A stretch of 64,000 nucleotides of DNA from Eubacteriales bacterium (lineage in GTDB: Bacteria > Bacillota > Clostridia > Oscillospirales > CAG-272), in assembly GCA_045645205.1 (NCBI GenBank), contig JAZRIJ010000083.1, forward strand, positions 1,343-65,342, in the 5' to 3' direction. A program made the position numbers and the translations under genes. Of this stretch, positions 18,072 through 30,111 are shown in pieces (position 1 is the stretch's first letter; each line of letters opens with the position of its first letter). The notes under the pieces are model-generated. The model was given only the letters and a program-made list of their open reading frames with translations, did not search any database and was not told where the DNA came from.

Positions 18072-20514
18072 TTTCGTCTTCCTCTTTTTGAACCTTTGCA
18101 AAATTTACGATAGAAGCACCCTCGGACAGTCTCATTACGATAACGCCCGCAGCCGTTCTGCCATAGGTTGAAATACCCGAAACAGGTGTTCTTATAATCG
18201 TTCCGTCATTTGTAATAAGCATAATATCTTCCGTTTCATCAACAGGTGCAATATCAGCAATTCTGCCCGTCTTTTCTGTCAGCTTATGGCATATAACGCC
18301 CTTTCCGCCTCTGTTATGAACAGGGAAATTACTGAACTCTGTTCTCTTACCAAATCCATTTTCGGTTATAAACAACAATGTCTTGCTGTCATCAACAACA
18401 GCAGCTCCCGCAACACAATCTCCATTGGTAAGTCTGATCGCAATAACACCTCGTGAGGTTCTGCCAACCTCTCTCGCCTTGCTTTCTGCAAAACGAACTG
18501 CAAAACCGTTCTTTGTTGCAACAACTATTTCATTTTCACCCGTTGTATGAGATACAAATACCAGCTCATCACCATCGTCAAGATTTATTGCTTTTTTGCC
18601 GCCCTTACGCTGATATGCATATTCTTCAACAGGAGTACGCTTAATGATACCGTTTCTTGTAACCATTGTCAGATATCCGCCCATGTCAAAGCGTTCCATA
18701 TCTATCATGGCTGTTATCTTATCGTCTTTTTCAATTTCAAGAATATTTGCAATATTCGTTCCCTTGGCAGTCCTGCTTGCCTCTGGAATAAGATATGCTT
18801 TCTTTGTAAATACCTTACCTTTTGAAGTAAACATCATAAGGTTTGCATGGCTGTCTGCAGAAACCACCATTTCAACAAAGTCTTCCTCTTTAGTAGTCAT
18901 ACCGATAATACCCTTTCCGCCTCTGTTTTGAGCGGTATAAGTGTCAGCCGCGCGGCGCTTGATGTAGCCTGCGTGTGAAAGGGTGATAAGACATCTGTGA
19001 CGTTCAATAAGATCTTCAAGAACGATCTCTTCTTCAAGTGGAACACATTCGGTCTTTCTTCCATCTGCATATTTTCTCTTTATTTCAAGCAAGTCAGTTT
19101 TAATAATATCTTTGATCTTGTTTTCGTCAGCCAAAATTCCGCGAAGCTCCTCTATCTGCGCATAAAGCTTTGCAAGTCTGTCCTCAACCTTTTGTCTTTC
19201 AAGACCGGAAAGACGTCCCAAGGTCATTTCTACAATTGCTTGAGCCTGTATTTCGGTTAATGCAAAACGTTCCATTAGCTTTGCCTTTGCATCGGGAATA
19301 GACGCGCTTGCTCTGATTATGTTTATTACTTCGTCAATATTATCTGTTGCAATCTTGTAGCCTTCGTTAATATGCGCCTCATGAAGCGCCTTTTCAAGTT
19401 CAAATTTTGTTCTTCTTGTAATAACATCTTCCTGATGCTGAATGTAGTAGGTCAATACTTCCTTAAGGTTAAGAACCTTTGGAATATTATCAACCAGCGC
19501 AAGCATATTAACAGCGCATGTATCCTGAAGCTGTGTATACTTATAAAGCTGATTGAGAATTATCTGACAGTTTACATCATGGCGGCATTCAATAACTATA
19601 CGAATACCGGTTCTTCCAGATGATTCATCTCTGATATCGCGAATACCCTCAATACGCTTGTCCTTAACGCAGGCAGCCATAGTTTCGACAAGGGTTGTCT
19701 TGTTTACCTGATAAGGAATTTCTGTTACTATAATTCTATGTTTTTCTTCTTCAATAACCGTCTTTGCTCTGACGATGACTCTGCCTTTTCCAGTTGTATA
19801 TGCAGAATAGATACCCGTACTTCCGCAAATCATAGCTCCGGTGGGAAAATCGGGTCCCTTGATGTATTCCATAAGCTGTGTTATTTCGGCATCGGGATTG
19901 TCCATAAGAAAGATCGTGCCGTCAATAACCTCGCCCATATTGTGAGGGGGAATGTTTGTCGCCATACCAACAGCAATACCGATAGAACCGTTGACTAGCA
20001 GATTGGGGAATCTTGCGGGAAGAACAGTAGGCTCTTTCAATTTATTATCAAAATTTGGCATAAAGTCAACAACATTTTTTTCAATGTCGTTCATCATCTC
20101 ATCGGAAATACGGTGCATTCTTGCCTCGGTATAACGGTATGCAGCAGCGCTATCGCCGTCAATATTACCAAAGTTACCGTGTCCTTCAATGAGAGGATAA
20201 CGCAAAGAGAATGTCTGCGCCATTCTTACCATTGTGTCGTAAACCGCCGCATCACCGTGAGGATGATAACGTCCAAGCACGTTACCTACGGTGGTAGCCG
20301 ACTTTCTAAATGGCTTATCGTGGGTTAAATGATCCTCGTACATAGCGTAAAGAATACGTCTGTGAACGGGCTTCAATCCATCTCTGACATCGGGAAGCGC
20401 TCGGGACATAATAACGCTCATAGAATAATCAATAAACGATTTTTTAACCTCTTTTGCCAATCCTACGTCTGTTATTTTTTGATTAATAAATTCCAAGTTC
20501 TCGTGATTATCCAT
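18046..20514 (-). CDS. gyrA: DNA gyrase subunit A
   Basis: 822 aa. Includes the active-site region [11 protein letters not shown], a QRDR-like [15 protein letters not shown] segment and C-terminal beta-pinwheel repeats. Confidence 0.97.
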   Translation of the reverse strand: MDNHENLEFINQKITDVGLAKEVKKSFIDYSMSVIMSRALPDVRDGLKPVHRRILYAMYEDHLTHDKPFRKSATTVGNVLGRYHPHGDAAVYDTMVRMAQTFSLRYPLIEGHGNFGNIDGDSAAAYRYTEARMHRISDEMMNDIEKNVVDFMPNFDNKLKEPTVLPARFPNLLVNGSIGIAVGMATNIPPHNMGEVIDGTIFLMDNPDAEITQLMEYIKGPDFPTGAMICGSTGIYSAYTTGKGRVIVRAKTVIEEEKHRIIVTEIPYQVNKTTLVETMAACVKDKRIEGIRDIRDESSGRTGIRIVIECRHDVNCQIILNQLYKYTQLQDTCAVNMLALVDNIPKVLNLKEVLTYYIQHQEDVITRRTKFELEKALHEAHINEGYKIATDNIDEVINIIRASASIPDAKAKLMERFALTEIQAQAIVEMTLGRLSGLERQKVEDRLAKLYAQIEELRGILADENKIKDIIKTDLLEIKRKYADGRKTECVPLEEEIVLEDLIERHRCLITLSHAGYIKRRAADTYTAQNRGGKGIIGMTTKEEDFVEMVVSADSHANLMMFTSKGKVFTKKAYLIPEASRTAKGTNIANILEIEKDDKITAMIDMERFDMGGYLTMVTRNGIIKRTPVEEYAYQRKGGKKAINLDDGDELVFVSHTTGENEIVVATKNGFAVRFAESKAREVGRTSRGVIAIRLTNGDCVAGAAVVDDSKTLLFITENGFGKRTEFSNFPVHNRGGKGVICHKLTEKTGRIADIAPVDETEDIMLITNDGTIIRTPVSGISTYGRTAAGVIVMRLSEGASIVNFAKVQKEEDENETSKAEE

Positions 20515-20556
20515 TTTTTTACCTTTCGGGATTTTATTTTAAGATATTTTTAACAA

Positions 20557-21486
20557 TTAATTTTTTATTTCTCTGACTTCAACTCTGCATAAATTACCGT
20601 CTATTGTTTGTCTATCAGGCAAATTTGTACCTTCAAGCTCAACCTTTGAAAGACTTGCAGCGGAAGCAAATTGCAAAGCTCTTATTATATCCATATCATT
20701 GGTTACGGCATAGACATATGAAGCAAGAAACGTATCTCCCGCACCCGAAAATCCTTTCGGCTTGACCTCGGGATTTATAACACGATAGTTTCCCGCTCTA
20801 CCTGAATAACAAGCGCCCTTTTTGCCCAAAGTAAGTATAATTTCAATGCCTGTTCTATTGTAAAAACTAATTGCCTCTTCTATATACTTATTTTCGTTTG
20901 GAGTATATCCAAGTAATTGACAGAATTCTTCTCTGTTCGGTTTTATAAGATACGGTCTTTCCTCAACAGCTTCATTTAATGCCTGTCCGGATATATCTGT
21001 TATAACCGTTTTTCCTTGCAATTTCAAAGCACCCACAATCTTACGAACTGTATCATTCCCCAGTCCCGACGGTGTGCTTCCTCCGATTATAAATATATCG
21101 GCAGGCGATTTTTTAAGTCCATCAATCAGATCTTTCAGCTCATTATCTCTTATAGGACCGCCCTTTTCATTTATCTCAGTTTCCTTGTTATCACTATCGG
21201 TTATTTTAACATTCATTCTCGTTTCGGCAATCGTAGATGTAAAATCACAAGTGATACCCTCTTCAGCTAAAATATCGGTAAGCATTTTTCCGCATCTACC
21301 ACCGTTAAAGCCATAAACAAAGCTATCCACATTAAGTTTTTTCAACATACGGGAAACATTTATTCCCTTACCGCCTGCATTTACAACGGCAGAATTAACT
21401 CTGTTCAAAGCTCCTACGGACAGACTGTTTTCGTATATAATATTTCTGTCAATAGCAGGATTAAGTGTTACTGTTGCAATTTTCAT
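20557..21486 (-). CDS. 1-phosphofructokinase-family hexose kinase (PfkB/FruK/LacC family)
   Basis: MKIATVTLNPAIDR start, GGKGINVS, and C-terminal GAGDTF of the PfkB ribokinase fold. Confidence 0.8.
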   Translation of the reverse strand: MKIATVTLNPAIDRNIIYENSLSVGALNRVNSAVVNAGGKGINVSRMLKKLNVDSFVYGFNGGRCGKMLTDILAEEGITCDFTSTIAETRMNVKITDSDNKETEINEKGGPIRDNELKDLIDGLKKSPADIFIIGGSTPSGLGNDTVRKIVGALKLQGKTVITDISGQALNEAVEERPYLIKPNREEFCQLLGYTPNENKYIEEAISFYNRTGIEIILTLGKKGACYSGRAGNYRVINPEVKPKGFSGAGDTFLASYVYAVTNDMDIIRALQFASAASLSKVELEGTNLPDRQTIDGNLCRVEVREIKN

Positions 21487-21504
21487 ATTTTTAAATACAC
21501 TCGG

Positions 21505-23439
<1,935 letters not shown>

Positions 23440-23517
23440 TTATTGATCAGGCCTTTGCCCTAAAACCCATTTAAAAAACGTTTTTAAAAAATGGTTATAT
23501 AATTTCTTTATTTTTTA

Positions 23518-23766
23518 TTATCTTATTTCCTTATCGGTCAGTCTTCCGTAAAGAGATTTTGGCGCTAACTGGGACATATATACTTTATCTTTTGTAAGAA
23601 TAATTGATTTAGGTATTTCGTCAACAGTAGTAATAAGCCTACCTTTTTTTTCAGCTCCGTTCAAAAATTTCTGAGTTACTTTTGACACAGTTGCGTTATC
23701 CATATCAAAAATACCTATTATATCTTTTTCTCTTATGTTTTTTTTATTGCCAAGATGAATATACAT
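23518..23766 (-). CDS. remB: DUF370 protein, RemB/YaaB-like
   Basis: 82 aa. MYIHLGNKKNI..IIGIFDMD resembles B. subtilis RemB, and it occupies the same recF-gyrB position. Confidence 0.75.
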   Translation of the reverse strand: MYIHLGNKKNIREKDIIGIFDMDNATVSKVTQKFLNGAEKKGRLITTVDEIPKSIILTKDKVYMSQLAPKSLYGRLTDKEIR

Positions 23767-23785
23767 ATCTTTTTTCTCTTAAAAT

Positions 23786-24865
23786 TTATTTAATTCTTGT
23801 GTATTTGCCTTGATTTACCTCAATAACATTTCCGGCAACATTTTGCAGACCGTTCTTTTCACAGCTTGTTATAATAACCTGACATTTCTTTATGCCGTTT
23901 GTTACATATTCTTTTCTTTTTGAGTCAAGCTCACTGAAAATATCGTCAAACAAAAACACGGGATACTCACCTGTAATTTGTCTTGATATTTCTCCCTCTC
24001 CCAATTTCATTGCAAGGGCAAGACATCGTTGCTGTCCCTGTGAACAAAAGTTCCTCGCTTCTCTTCCGTTAAGAGAAATATCTATATCATCTTTATGGAT
24101 TCCGTAAAGAGTCGTTCCTGCTTGAATTTCTTTATCAAGATTTTGTGTAAGCTTTTTTAAATATTCTTCTTCGCCCAGGACTTTGTTATATTCCAAATGA
24201 GTACTTTCCCTGCCGTTTGTCATATCGTTGAAAAACTCATTAACATGACCGTCAAGTATTTTTACATACTCATATCTTTCACGGGAAATAAGAGCCGCTT
24301 CTCTCGCAAGATAGGCAGACCAAAGTTCAATTGTCCTGTTAAAAGACTCTTTATCTTCTTCATAATTTTTTATAAGCATATTTCTTTGGTTGAGAATATT
24401 GTTATATTTTTGAAGTGAAGCAAGATAAATCGGCTTCAGCTGACATATAGCCCCGTCAAGAAAATATCTTCTTTCTGCTGGTCCGTCTTTTATAACAGAT
24501 AAATGTTCGGGACAAAACAGTACGGCTCTGAAGTAACCGACAAAATCGGATAATTTTTTTATATTAACACCGTTTTTGTAGCAATTCTTACGGCTTCCCC
24601 TCACAAGTTTAATTTCCATCTCATGAGGTCTTACCGAATCTTCAAAATTCATCTTAACAGAGCTGACATCTTTTGAAAAATTTATAAGATCTCTGTCTGA
24701 TGAGGTTCGAAAACTCTTTCCGTGAGCAAATAAATAAATTCCTTCAAGTGCGTTTGTTTTTCCCTCGGCATTATTTCCGTAGAAAATATTTACTCCTTTA
24801 CAAAATTCAATATCTGCGCTTTCTATATTTCTAAAGTCTTTAAACTTTATTTTTTTGCAAACCAT
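23786..24865 (-). CDS. recF: DNA replication and repair protein RecF
   Basis: Walker A GNNAEGKTNALEG, signature SQGQQR and Walker B FLFDDIFSELD. Confidence 0.92.
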   Translation of the reverse strand: MVCKKIKFKDFRNIESADIEFCKGVNIFYGNNAEGKTNALEGIYLFAHGKSFRTSSDRDLINFSKDVSSVKMNFEDSVRPHEMEIKLVRGSRKNCYKNGVNIKKLSDFVGYFRAVLFCPEHLSVIKDGPAERRYFLDGAICQLKPIYLASLQKYNNILNQRNMLIKNYEEDKESFNRTIELWSAYLAREAALISRERYEYVKILDGHVNEFFNDMTNGRESTHLEYNKVLGEEEYLKKLTQNLDKEIQAGTTLYGIHKDDIDISLNGREARNFCSQGQQRCLALAMKLGEGEISRQITGEYPVFLFDDIFSELDSKRKEYVTNGIKKCQVIITSCEKNGLQNVAGNVIEVNQGKYTRIK

Positions 24866-24875
24866 AGAATTAACT

Positions 24876-26009
24876 TTATTTCATTCTTGTGGGAAGTGTT
24901 ACAAAGAGGAACTTAGATTTTTCTTCCTCTACAGGCTCAATTACCATAGCGCGAAGAGGACCTGACATTGAAAGCTTTATTTTTTCAACTCCGCAAACAC
25001 GGAGCGCTTCAAGCAGATAACGGCAGGTAAATGCTATTTCAAGATCAGCACCGTTCTTTTCAATGGCAACTTCATCATAAACATTACCCGATACCGCATT
25101 TGCCGTAATAACAAGAATATTATCATTAAAATTACATTTAACAAAATTTCTTACCTGAGCCTTTTCTTCACTGATAAGAGCAGCTCTTTCAAGACTGTCC
25201 ATAAATTCATCTGTATTCACTTTAACAAAAATGTTATTGTCTTTCGGAATATATCTATTGTAGTCGATATATTGACCTTCAAGAAGCCTTGTAAAAAAAG
25301 TAAGGTTTTCTATATTAAATAAGGCATGTTTTGAGCCTATTCTGATGTTTACAAATTCTTCATCACTGTCATTTAAGAACTTCATAAGTTCAATAAGAGT
25401 TTTACCGGGAACGATAAAGCTCATATCGGAGGATGCCTCTTCATTCTTCTTTATATCACATTCCTGCTCAGTATAAGCAAGTCTAAAGCTGTCGCAGCTT
25501 ACGGCAACTATTTTTGAGCCTTTAACTTCAAAATAAACACCGCAATAAATAGGTCTTTGGTCAGTTTGCGCTACTGCAAATATTGTACGGCTTATCATTG
25601 CTTTCATAACACTTTGAGGTATTGTAAGCTCCTTACCTGAGTCAACGGTAGGTGTACTGGGAAAGTCAGAACCCGGAAGAGCGGGCATACTGAACTCAGA
25701 ACGACCGTTTGTTATTTTTGTCATGCACTTTTCGTCTACCTCTATAGTAATATCGCCATCTGAAAGTGTTTTTACGATTTGATTAAGTCGAATAGCGTTT
25801 ATAACATATTCTCCTTCTTCAAGAACCTTAGCCGGAATAGTTGTGGTAATTCCTTTTTCAAGGTCATACGCAGTAACAGTTACACTGTCGTTTCCTTTTG
25901 TTGTAACAAGAATACCGGCAGTTGCAGGTATAATATTTTTTGTGGATACAGCGCTCATTGCTGCAGTAAGAACTGAATTAAGTATGTTTTTTTCGAATAT
26001 AATTTTCAT
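24876..26009 (-). CDS. dnaN: DNA polymerase III beta sliding clamp
   Basis: 377 aa with three-domain clamp length, and positioned between dnaA and recF. Confidence 0.95.
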   Translation of the reverse strand: MKIIFEKNILNSVLTAAMSAVSTKNIIPATAGILVTTKGNDSVTVTAYDLEKGITTTIPAKVLEEGEYVINAIRLNQIVKTLSDGDITIEVDEKCMTKITNGRSEFSMPALPGSDFPSTPTVDSGKELTIPQSVMKAMISRTIFAVAQTDQRPIYCGVYFEVKGSKIVAVSCDSFRLAYTEQECDIKKNEEASSDMSFIVPGKTLIELMKFLNDSDEEFVNIRIGSKHALFNIENLTFFTRLLEGQYIDYNRYIPKDNNIFVKVNTDEFMDSLERAALISEEKAQVRNFVKCNFNDNILVITANAVSGNVYDEVAIEKNGADLEIAFTCRYLLEALRVCGVEKIKLSMSGPLRAMVIEPVEEEKSKFLFVTLPTRMK

Positions 26010-26398
26010 TTTTTATATTCCTTTCTTGTATATAGCTGTTATAATTTACTCTGTTTTGTTTTTCTGTAAAAAATCGCATAAAATATATATATAAGAGATT
26101 GTAGTAGTAATAGTAATAGTAGGTGATGTGGAAACTGTGGAAAATTTAAAACCTAAGCTTTTTAAGGGTATTATTTTCATATTTCTCCCTGTTAATATTT
26201 TTATGAAAAATAGTGGAAATTATTGTGGAATCAAAACTTTTTCAACTAATGTAGTTTTCAGAAAATAAATCAACAAGTTTTTAATGGAAAACTTTTGTGT
26301 GGAAAACTTATACATTAATTAGAAGAAACAGTAAGTAATGCTGTTTTTTCATAACAAAAGTTTTCCACATCATTTTCAACAGGTGTTGAAAAAATATG
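26010..26398. other. chromosomal replication origin oriC (dnaA-dnaN spacer)
   Basis: AT-rich tract at 26068-26100 and trios at 26102-26122. DnaA boxes: 26127-26135 TGTGGAAAC, 26136-26144 TGTGGAAAA, 26212-26220 AGTGGAAAT, 26224-26232 TGTGGAATC, 26298-26306 TGTGGAAAA and 26361-26369 TTTTCCACA. Confidence 0.8.
26102..26122. repeat. DnaA-trio-like array (TAG TAG TAA TAG TAA TAG TAG)
   Basis: Seven tandem trinucleotides of the TAG/TAA type lie between the AT-rich tract and two abutting DnaA boxes. This is the arrangement described for B. subtilis oriC. Confidence 0.6.
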
Positions 26399-27820
26399 TT
26401 ATTTCATAGATATTTCATTCATAAGCTCACTGATTTCAATTTCAAGAAGAGAGTTTTCTCTAATATCGGTTTCAATTTTATTCAGGGAAGATTTTATGGT
26501 AGAATGGTCTCTTGAAAAAATGTTACCAATTTTTTTTAATGAGAGGTCAGTCATATTCTTTATAATATATATACAAATATGTCTGACAGAAGCAATTTCT
26601 TGATTTCTCTTTGTACCTTTAAGGTCAGATTCTGAAATGCTGTATTTTTTAGTTACCTTGTCGAAAATTCTTTCTATAGTTACGTTAACAGGTTCATTCT
26701 TTGATACAACGTCGGATATACAGTCCTGCGCCAATGTTACATCAATAACTGAGCCTTTTAAAAAAGAATGGGCCGCGAGTGTCTTGACAGCGCCTTCTAT
26801 TTGGCGAATATTATTTCTAAGATTTTCGGCAAGATAGTCAAGCACATCAGGCTGAAATATTACACCCAGTTTTTTTGCTTTATGCTTTATTATAGCTGTT
26901 CTCAATTCGTAGTCCGGAGGCTGTATGTCAACTATAAGACCTCCTTCAAAACGGGTGCGGAGTCTTTCTTCAAGAGTCTTTATCTCCCTAGGAGGTCGGT
27001 CGCTTGTTAAAATAATCTGCTTTCCGGCATCATAAAGAGCGTTAAACGTATGAAAAATTTCTTCTTGAGTAGATTCTTTACCTGCAATAAACTGTATATC
27101 GTCTATAAGCAGAATATCAGTTTTGCGAAACTTGTCTCTAAATTTTTCTCTGAAGGAAACAGGAGATTTTTTACTGAGATTTTCAATAAGCTGATTTGCA
27201 AAATCTTCGCCTCGAACATAAATAATATTTGCGTACGGATTATTTTTAAGAACAAGATTATTTATAGCGTAAAGAAGATGAGTTTTACCCAGTCCGCTTT
27301 CACCGTAAATAAATAAGGGATTAAATTGTGTTGCAAGTGAGTTACAAACAGCAATACAGGCTTCATAAGCAAATTTATTTGAATTTCCCACAATAAAGTT
27401 ATCAAAAGTATATTGTGTGTGGTAGGATGGGAAAATATTACTTGCCTGTTCAAATGAATTCTCTTCAAAATCGTCATCAGACTTAATTTCTGATTCTTTG
27501 TCTGTGAGTATAGGTTCTGAAGGAAAATTTTTAATTTTTCCTTCAATATAGGGAGTCAGATCCGGTTCTCCGTTCTGTCTTGAAAGCACGGTAACATAAA
27601 CCGGATAACCAAGCAACTCTTCAAGATACTGCTTAATTGTAGGCAAGTGTTTATCTTTTATAATTTTACATTTCAAATCGCTGTTGTTTACAAGAACGGC
27701 ATCGGTGTCGTTCAAGACTTCGAGTTTAAGGTCGTTGAACCACAACTCTATAAAACCGTCGGCATAAGTTTTTCTTAAATTTTTAACAACGTTTGCCCAA
27801 AGGTCGTCTAAAAACTGCAT
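26399..27820 (-). CDS. dnaA: chromosomal replication initiator protein DnaA
   Basis: AAA+ Walker A GESGLGKTHLL, Walker B LLIDDIQF and domain IV (RNQEIASVRHICIYI, DHSTI). The start is set at MQFLDDLW (ATG ending at 27820). The 29 upstream codons in the track ORF are AT-rich promoter sequence. Confidence 0.97.
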   Translation of the reverse strand: MQFLDDLWANVVKNLRKTYADGFIELWFNDLKLEVLNDTDAVLVNNSDLKCKIIKDKHLPTIKQYLEELLGYPVYVTVLSRQNGEPDLTPYIEGKIKNFPSEPILTDKESEIKSDDDFEENSFEQASNIFPSYHTQYTFDNFIVGNSNKFAYEACIAVCNSLATQFNPLFIYGESGLGKTHLLYAINNLVLKNNPYANIIYVRGEDFANQLIENLSKKSPVSFREKFRDKFRKTDILLIDDIQFIAGKESTQEEIFHTFNALYDAGKQIILTSDRPPREIKTLEERLRTRFEGGLIVDIQPPDYELRTAIIKHKAKKLGVIFQPDVLDYLAENLRNNIRQIEGAVKTLAAHSFLKGSVIDVTLAQDCISDVVSKNEPVNVTIERIFDKVTKKYSISESDLKGTKRNQEIASVRHICIYIIKNMTDLSLKKIGNIFSRDHSTIKSSLNKIETDIRENSLLEIEISELMNEISMK

Positions 27821-27979
27821 AAAAAAATTTTTTCCCTTCTGAAAAATAAAAAATGAATAAATTGCATATATATAATTTATTATAACATATATAATTATAA
27901 TATGCAAGGCACTTTAAGTAAAATTTGTCTAACTTTTTTAAAAATTTCCATTATAATCGGCAAAAAAAAGAAAAAGCAC

Positions 27980-28008
27980 TTGACAAGTCGGGGGTTTTAT
28001 GTAATAAT
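27980..28008 (+). promoter_or_regulatory. putative sigma-A promoter of rpmH-rnpA
   Basis: TTGACA, then a 16-17 nt spacer, then TAATAAT, about 45 nt upstream of rpmH. Confidence 0.45.
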
Positions 28009-28052
28009 AAAGAATACCGTTGAGTATTTAGAAGTTGAAGGAGGTGCGTACA

Positions 28053-28187
28053 ATGATCAGAACGTATCAGCCTAAAAAACGCCAGCGCAAAAAGGAACAT
28101 GGTTTCAGAAAAAGAATGAGAACCGCCGACGGCAGAAATGTGTTGAAGAGAAGACGCGCAAAAGGCAGAAAACGGCTCACATATTAA
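28053..28187 (+). CDS. rpmH: 50S ribosomal protein L34
   Basis: 44 codons, [44 protein letters not shown], preceded by GGAGG. It is absent from the ORF track because it is under 60 aa. Confidence 0.93.
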   Translation: MIRTYQPKKRQRKKEHGFRKRMRTADGRNVLKRRRAKGRKRLTY

Positions 28188-28223
28188 TGACATAGACGTT
28201 TTTTTACATCGCATGTCAGTTAC

Positions 28224-28256
28224 AAAACCGCCGAAACTCTCGGGGGTTTTTGTTTT
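28224..28256 (+). terminator. hairpin plus T-run between rpmH and rnpA (attenuator or partial terminator)
   Basis: AAAACCGCCGA / TCGGGGGTTTT stem with one mismatch, followed by TGTTTT. Confidence 0.45.
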
Positions 28257-28300
28257 ACAACGGAAACAAAAAGAATATACAAGGGAGGTTATAAATATTT

Positions 28301-28672
28301 ATGAAATATAGAGCTATAACCGAAAATCACTTGTATAACAAGGCATACAAAAAGGGTAAAAAAATAGTGGCACGAAACGTTGTTATATATGTTTTACCCG
28401 ACCGTCATGCCATAAGACTGAGAAAAGAAAATCCAAAAAAAGAGTTTATAAACCGTGTCGGACTTACCGTTACAAAAAAAATAGGCGGTGCGGTTACCAG
28501 ATCCCGCGTCAAAAGAATTATAAGAGAGGGATACCGTCTTACTGATAAAGAGTATGGTATCAAAAAAGGAAATCTTATAGTTCTCGTCGCAAGGGACACC
28601 TCGGTAAACGCAAAATCGACGGAACTTAAAAATGATATGGTTTATGCTTTTAAAAAATTAGGTATGATATAA
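28301..28672 (+). CDS. rnpA: ribonuclease P protein component
   Basis: 123 aa, basic, with the RNR-type motif [18 protein letters not shown], downstream of rpmH. Confidence 0.9.
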   Translation: MKYRAITENHLYNKAYKKGKKIVARNVVIYVLPDRHAIRLRKENPKKEFINRVGLTVTKKIGGAVTRSRVKRIIREGYRLTDKEYGIKKGNLIVLVARDTSVNAKSTELKNDMVYAFKKLGMI

Positions 28673-28899
28673 TGAAAAGGATTTTCGTAAAATTAATCAG
28701 ACTCTATCAAAAATATATCTCGCCTCTAAAAAGTAAGCCCTCATGCAGATTTTATCCCACATGCTCGCAGTATGCTATTGAGGCATTGGAAATTCACGGA
28801 TTTTTTAAGGGCAGTATTCTTTCAATATGGAGAATACTGAGATGTAACCCTTTTTGCCGCGGAGGTATTGATCCCGTTCCCCAAAAAAAGAAAAAATAA
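28672..28899 (+). CDS. yidD: membrane protein insertion efficiency factor YidD
   Basis: 75 aa containing [29 protein letters not shown]. Its start overlaps the rnpA stop. Confidence 0.9.
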   Translation: MKRIFVKLIRLYQKYISPLKSKPSCRFYPTCSQYAIEALEIHGFFKGSILSIWRILRCNPFCRGGIDPVPQKKKK

Positions 28900-28935
28900 T
28901 AGTTTTATATTTTTGTAAAAAAAGGAGAAAAAACT

Positions 28936-30054
28936 TTGATAGACGCAATTCTTAAAGTGTTTGGCTATGTAGTTGAGTTTTGTTACAATATCGGTGGACA
29001 GAACTACCTCATAGGTCTTATATTATTTGCAATTATTGTAAAATTGGCAATGTTGCCTTTAAGCATAAAGCAGCAGAAAAATTCAATTAAGCAGGCTAAG
29101 CTTCGTCCGAAAGAAATGGCTATCCGCAAGAAATATGCGGGAAGAAACGATCAGCCTACTCAGCAGAAGATTCAGAATGAAATAATGGATCTCTATACAA
29201 GAGAAAACTTTAACCCTATGGGCGGCTGTCTACCTCTGCTTATTCAGCTCCCCATATTGCTCGGTCTATATCAGGTAATTATCAGACCCCTTGAATTTCT
29301 TTGCCGTGTTCCAAAGGAAGTGGTTAATTCAATTATAAAGAGTGAGGCTGTTGTTGAACAGAAAATAACATCGCAGATTGAGCTTATAAATTATTTAACG
29401 AAAGATAACGGAAAGAATTTTGCTGATTTTGCATCTCAGTTAAAGGATTATGTTTCCTCATTTGAAGAACTCCCAAATTTTACGCTTTTCGGAGTAAATC
29501 TTGCCGAAATACCCTCAATTAATGAAATATCCATACTTTTGCTTGTTCCCGTATTGACTTTTGTAATAAGCTTTTTGTCTATGAAGATAAACAAAAAGTT
29601 TACCTATAATGCAAACGAAGGTATTCAAACAGATCAAGCAACAGGCTGTTCCACTAAACTGATGGACTGGATGATGCCTTTGATGAGTGTATATATTACA
29701 TTTATCGTTCCTGCGGTTATCGGTATATACTGGATGTTTAATAATATCTTTGGTACTGTTCAGCAGATAATTCTTGCAAAAGTTATGCCTATACCGAAGT
29801 TTACAGAAGAAGATTACAAGACAGCTGAAAGGGAAATTAACGGTAAATCCAAAAACAGTAAAAAATCTTCTGCTAATAACAACGGAGAGAACGGCGGAAC
29901 AGGTGAAAAGAAAAAGGTACGCTCTCTCCATAGAATAGACGAAGAGGACTATATTGCTCCGGAGCCGGAAAAGAAAAAGGCAGAAGAGCAGATATACGGA
30001 CTTAAAAGTATGATAGACAAGCCGGAGCTTAAAGACGATAGCAAGAAAAAATAA
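28936..30054 (+). CDS. yidC: YidC/Oxa1-family membrane protein insertase
   Basis: Conserved core NPMGGCLPLLIQLPIL and multiple TM segments, with a long Lys/Glu-rich C-terminal tail. TTG start after AAGGAG. Confidence 0.9.
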   Translation: MIDAILKVFGYVVEFCYNIGGQNYLIGLILFAIIVKLAMLPLSIKQQKNSIKQAKLRPKEMAIRKKYAGRNDQPTQQKIQNEIMDLYTRENFNPMGGCLPLLIQLPILLGLYQVIIRPLEFLCRVPKEVVNSIIKSEAVVEQKITSQIELINYLTKDNGKNFADFASQLKDYVSSFEELPNFTLFGVNLAEIPSINEISILLLVPVLTFVISFLSMKINKKFTYNANEGIQTDQATGCSTKLMDWMMPLMSVYITFIVPAVIGIYWMFNNIFGTVQQIILAKVMPIPKFTEEDYKTAEREINGKSKNSKKSSANNNGENGGTGEKKKVRSLHRIDEEDYIAPEPEKKKAEEQIYGLKSMIDKPELKDDSKKK

Positions 30055-30111
30055 ATTACGATAAATAGTGTGCTGTCATTGACAGCGCTTAAATAAAGGA
30101 GAAACAAAAAG

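Noticed and set aside
26102-26122. The TAG/TAA triplet run as a simple microsatellite or low-complexity artefact.
   Set aside because: Its exact position between the AT-rich tract and two abutting DnaA boxes matches the DnaA-trio architecture. It is too short and too irregular for a CRISPR or VNTR call.
27821-27907. A 29-codon N-terminal extension of dnaA in the ORF track (MHIIIIYVIINYIY...).
   Set aside because: It is AT-rich promoter-like sequence encoding an Ile/Tyr/Phe run. The conserved DnaA N-terminus starts at MQFLDDLW.
27951-28214. An 87-aa minus-strand ORF overlapping rpmH.
   Set aside because: It is antisense to the clearly conserved L34 gene and its promoter, and has no supporting signals.
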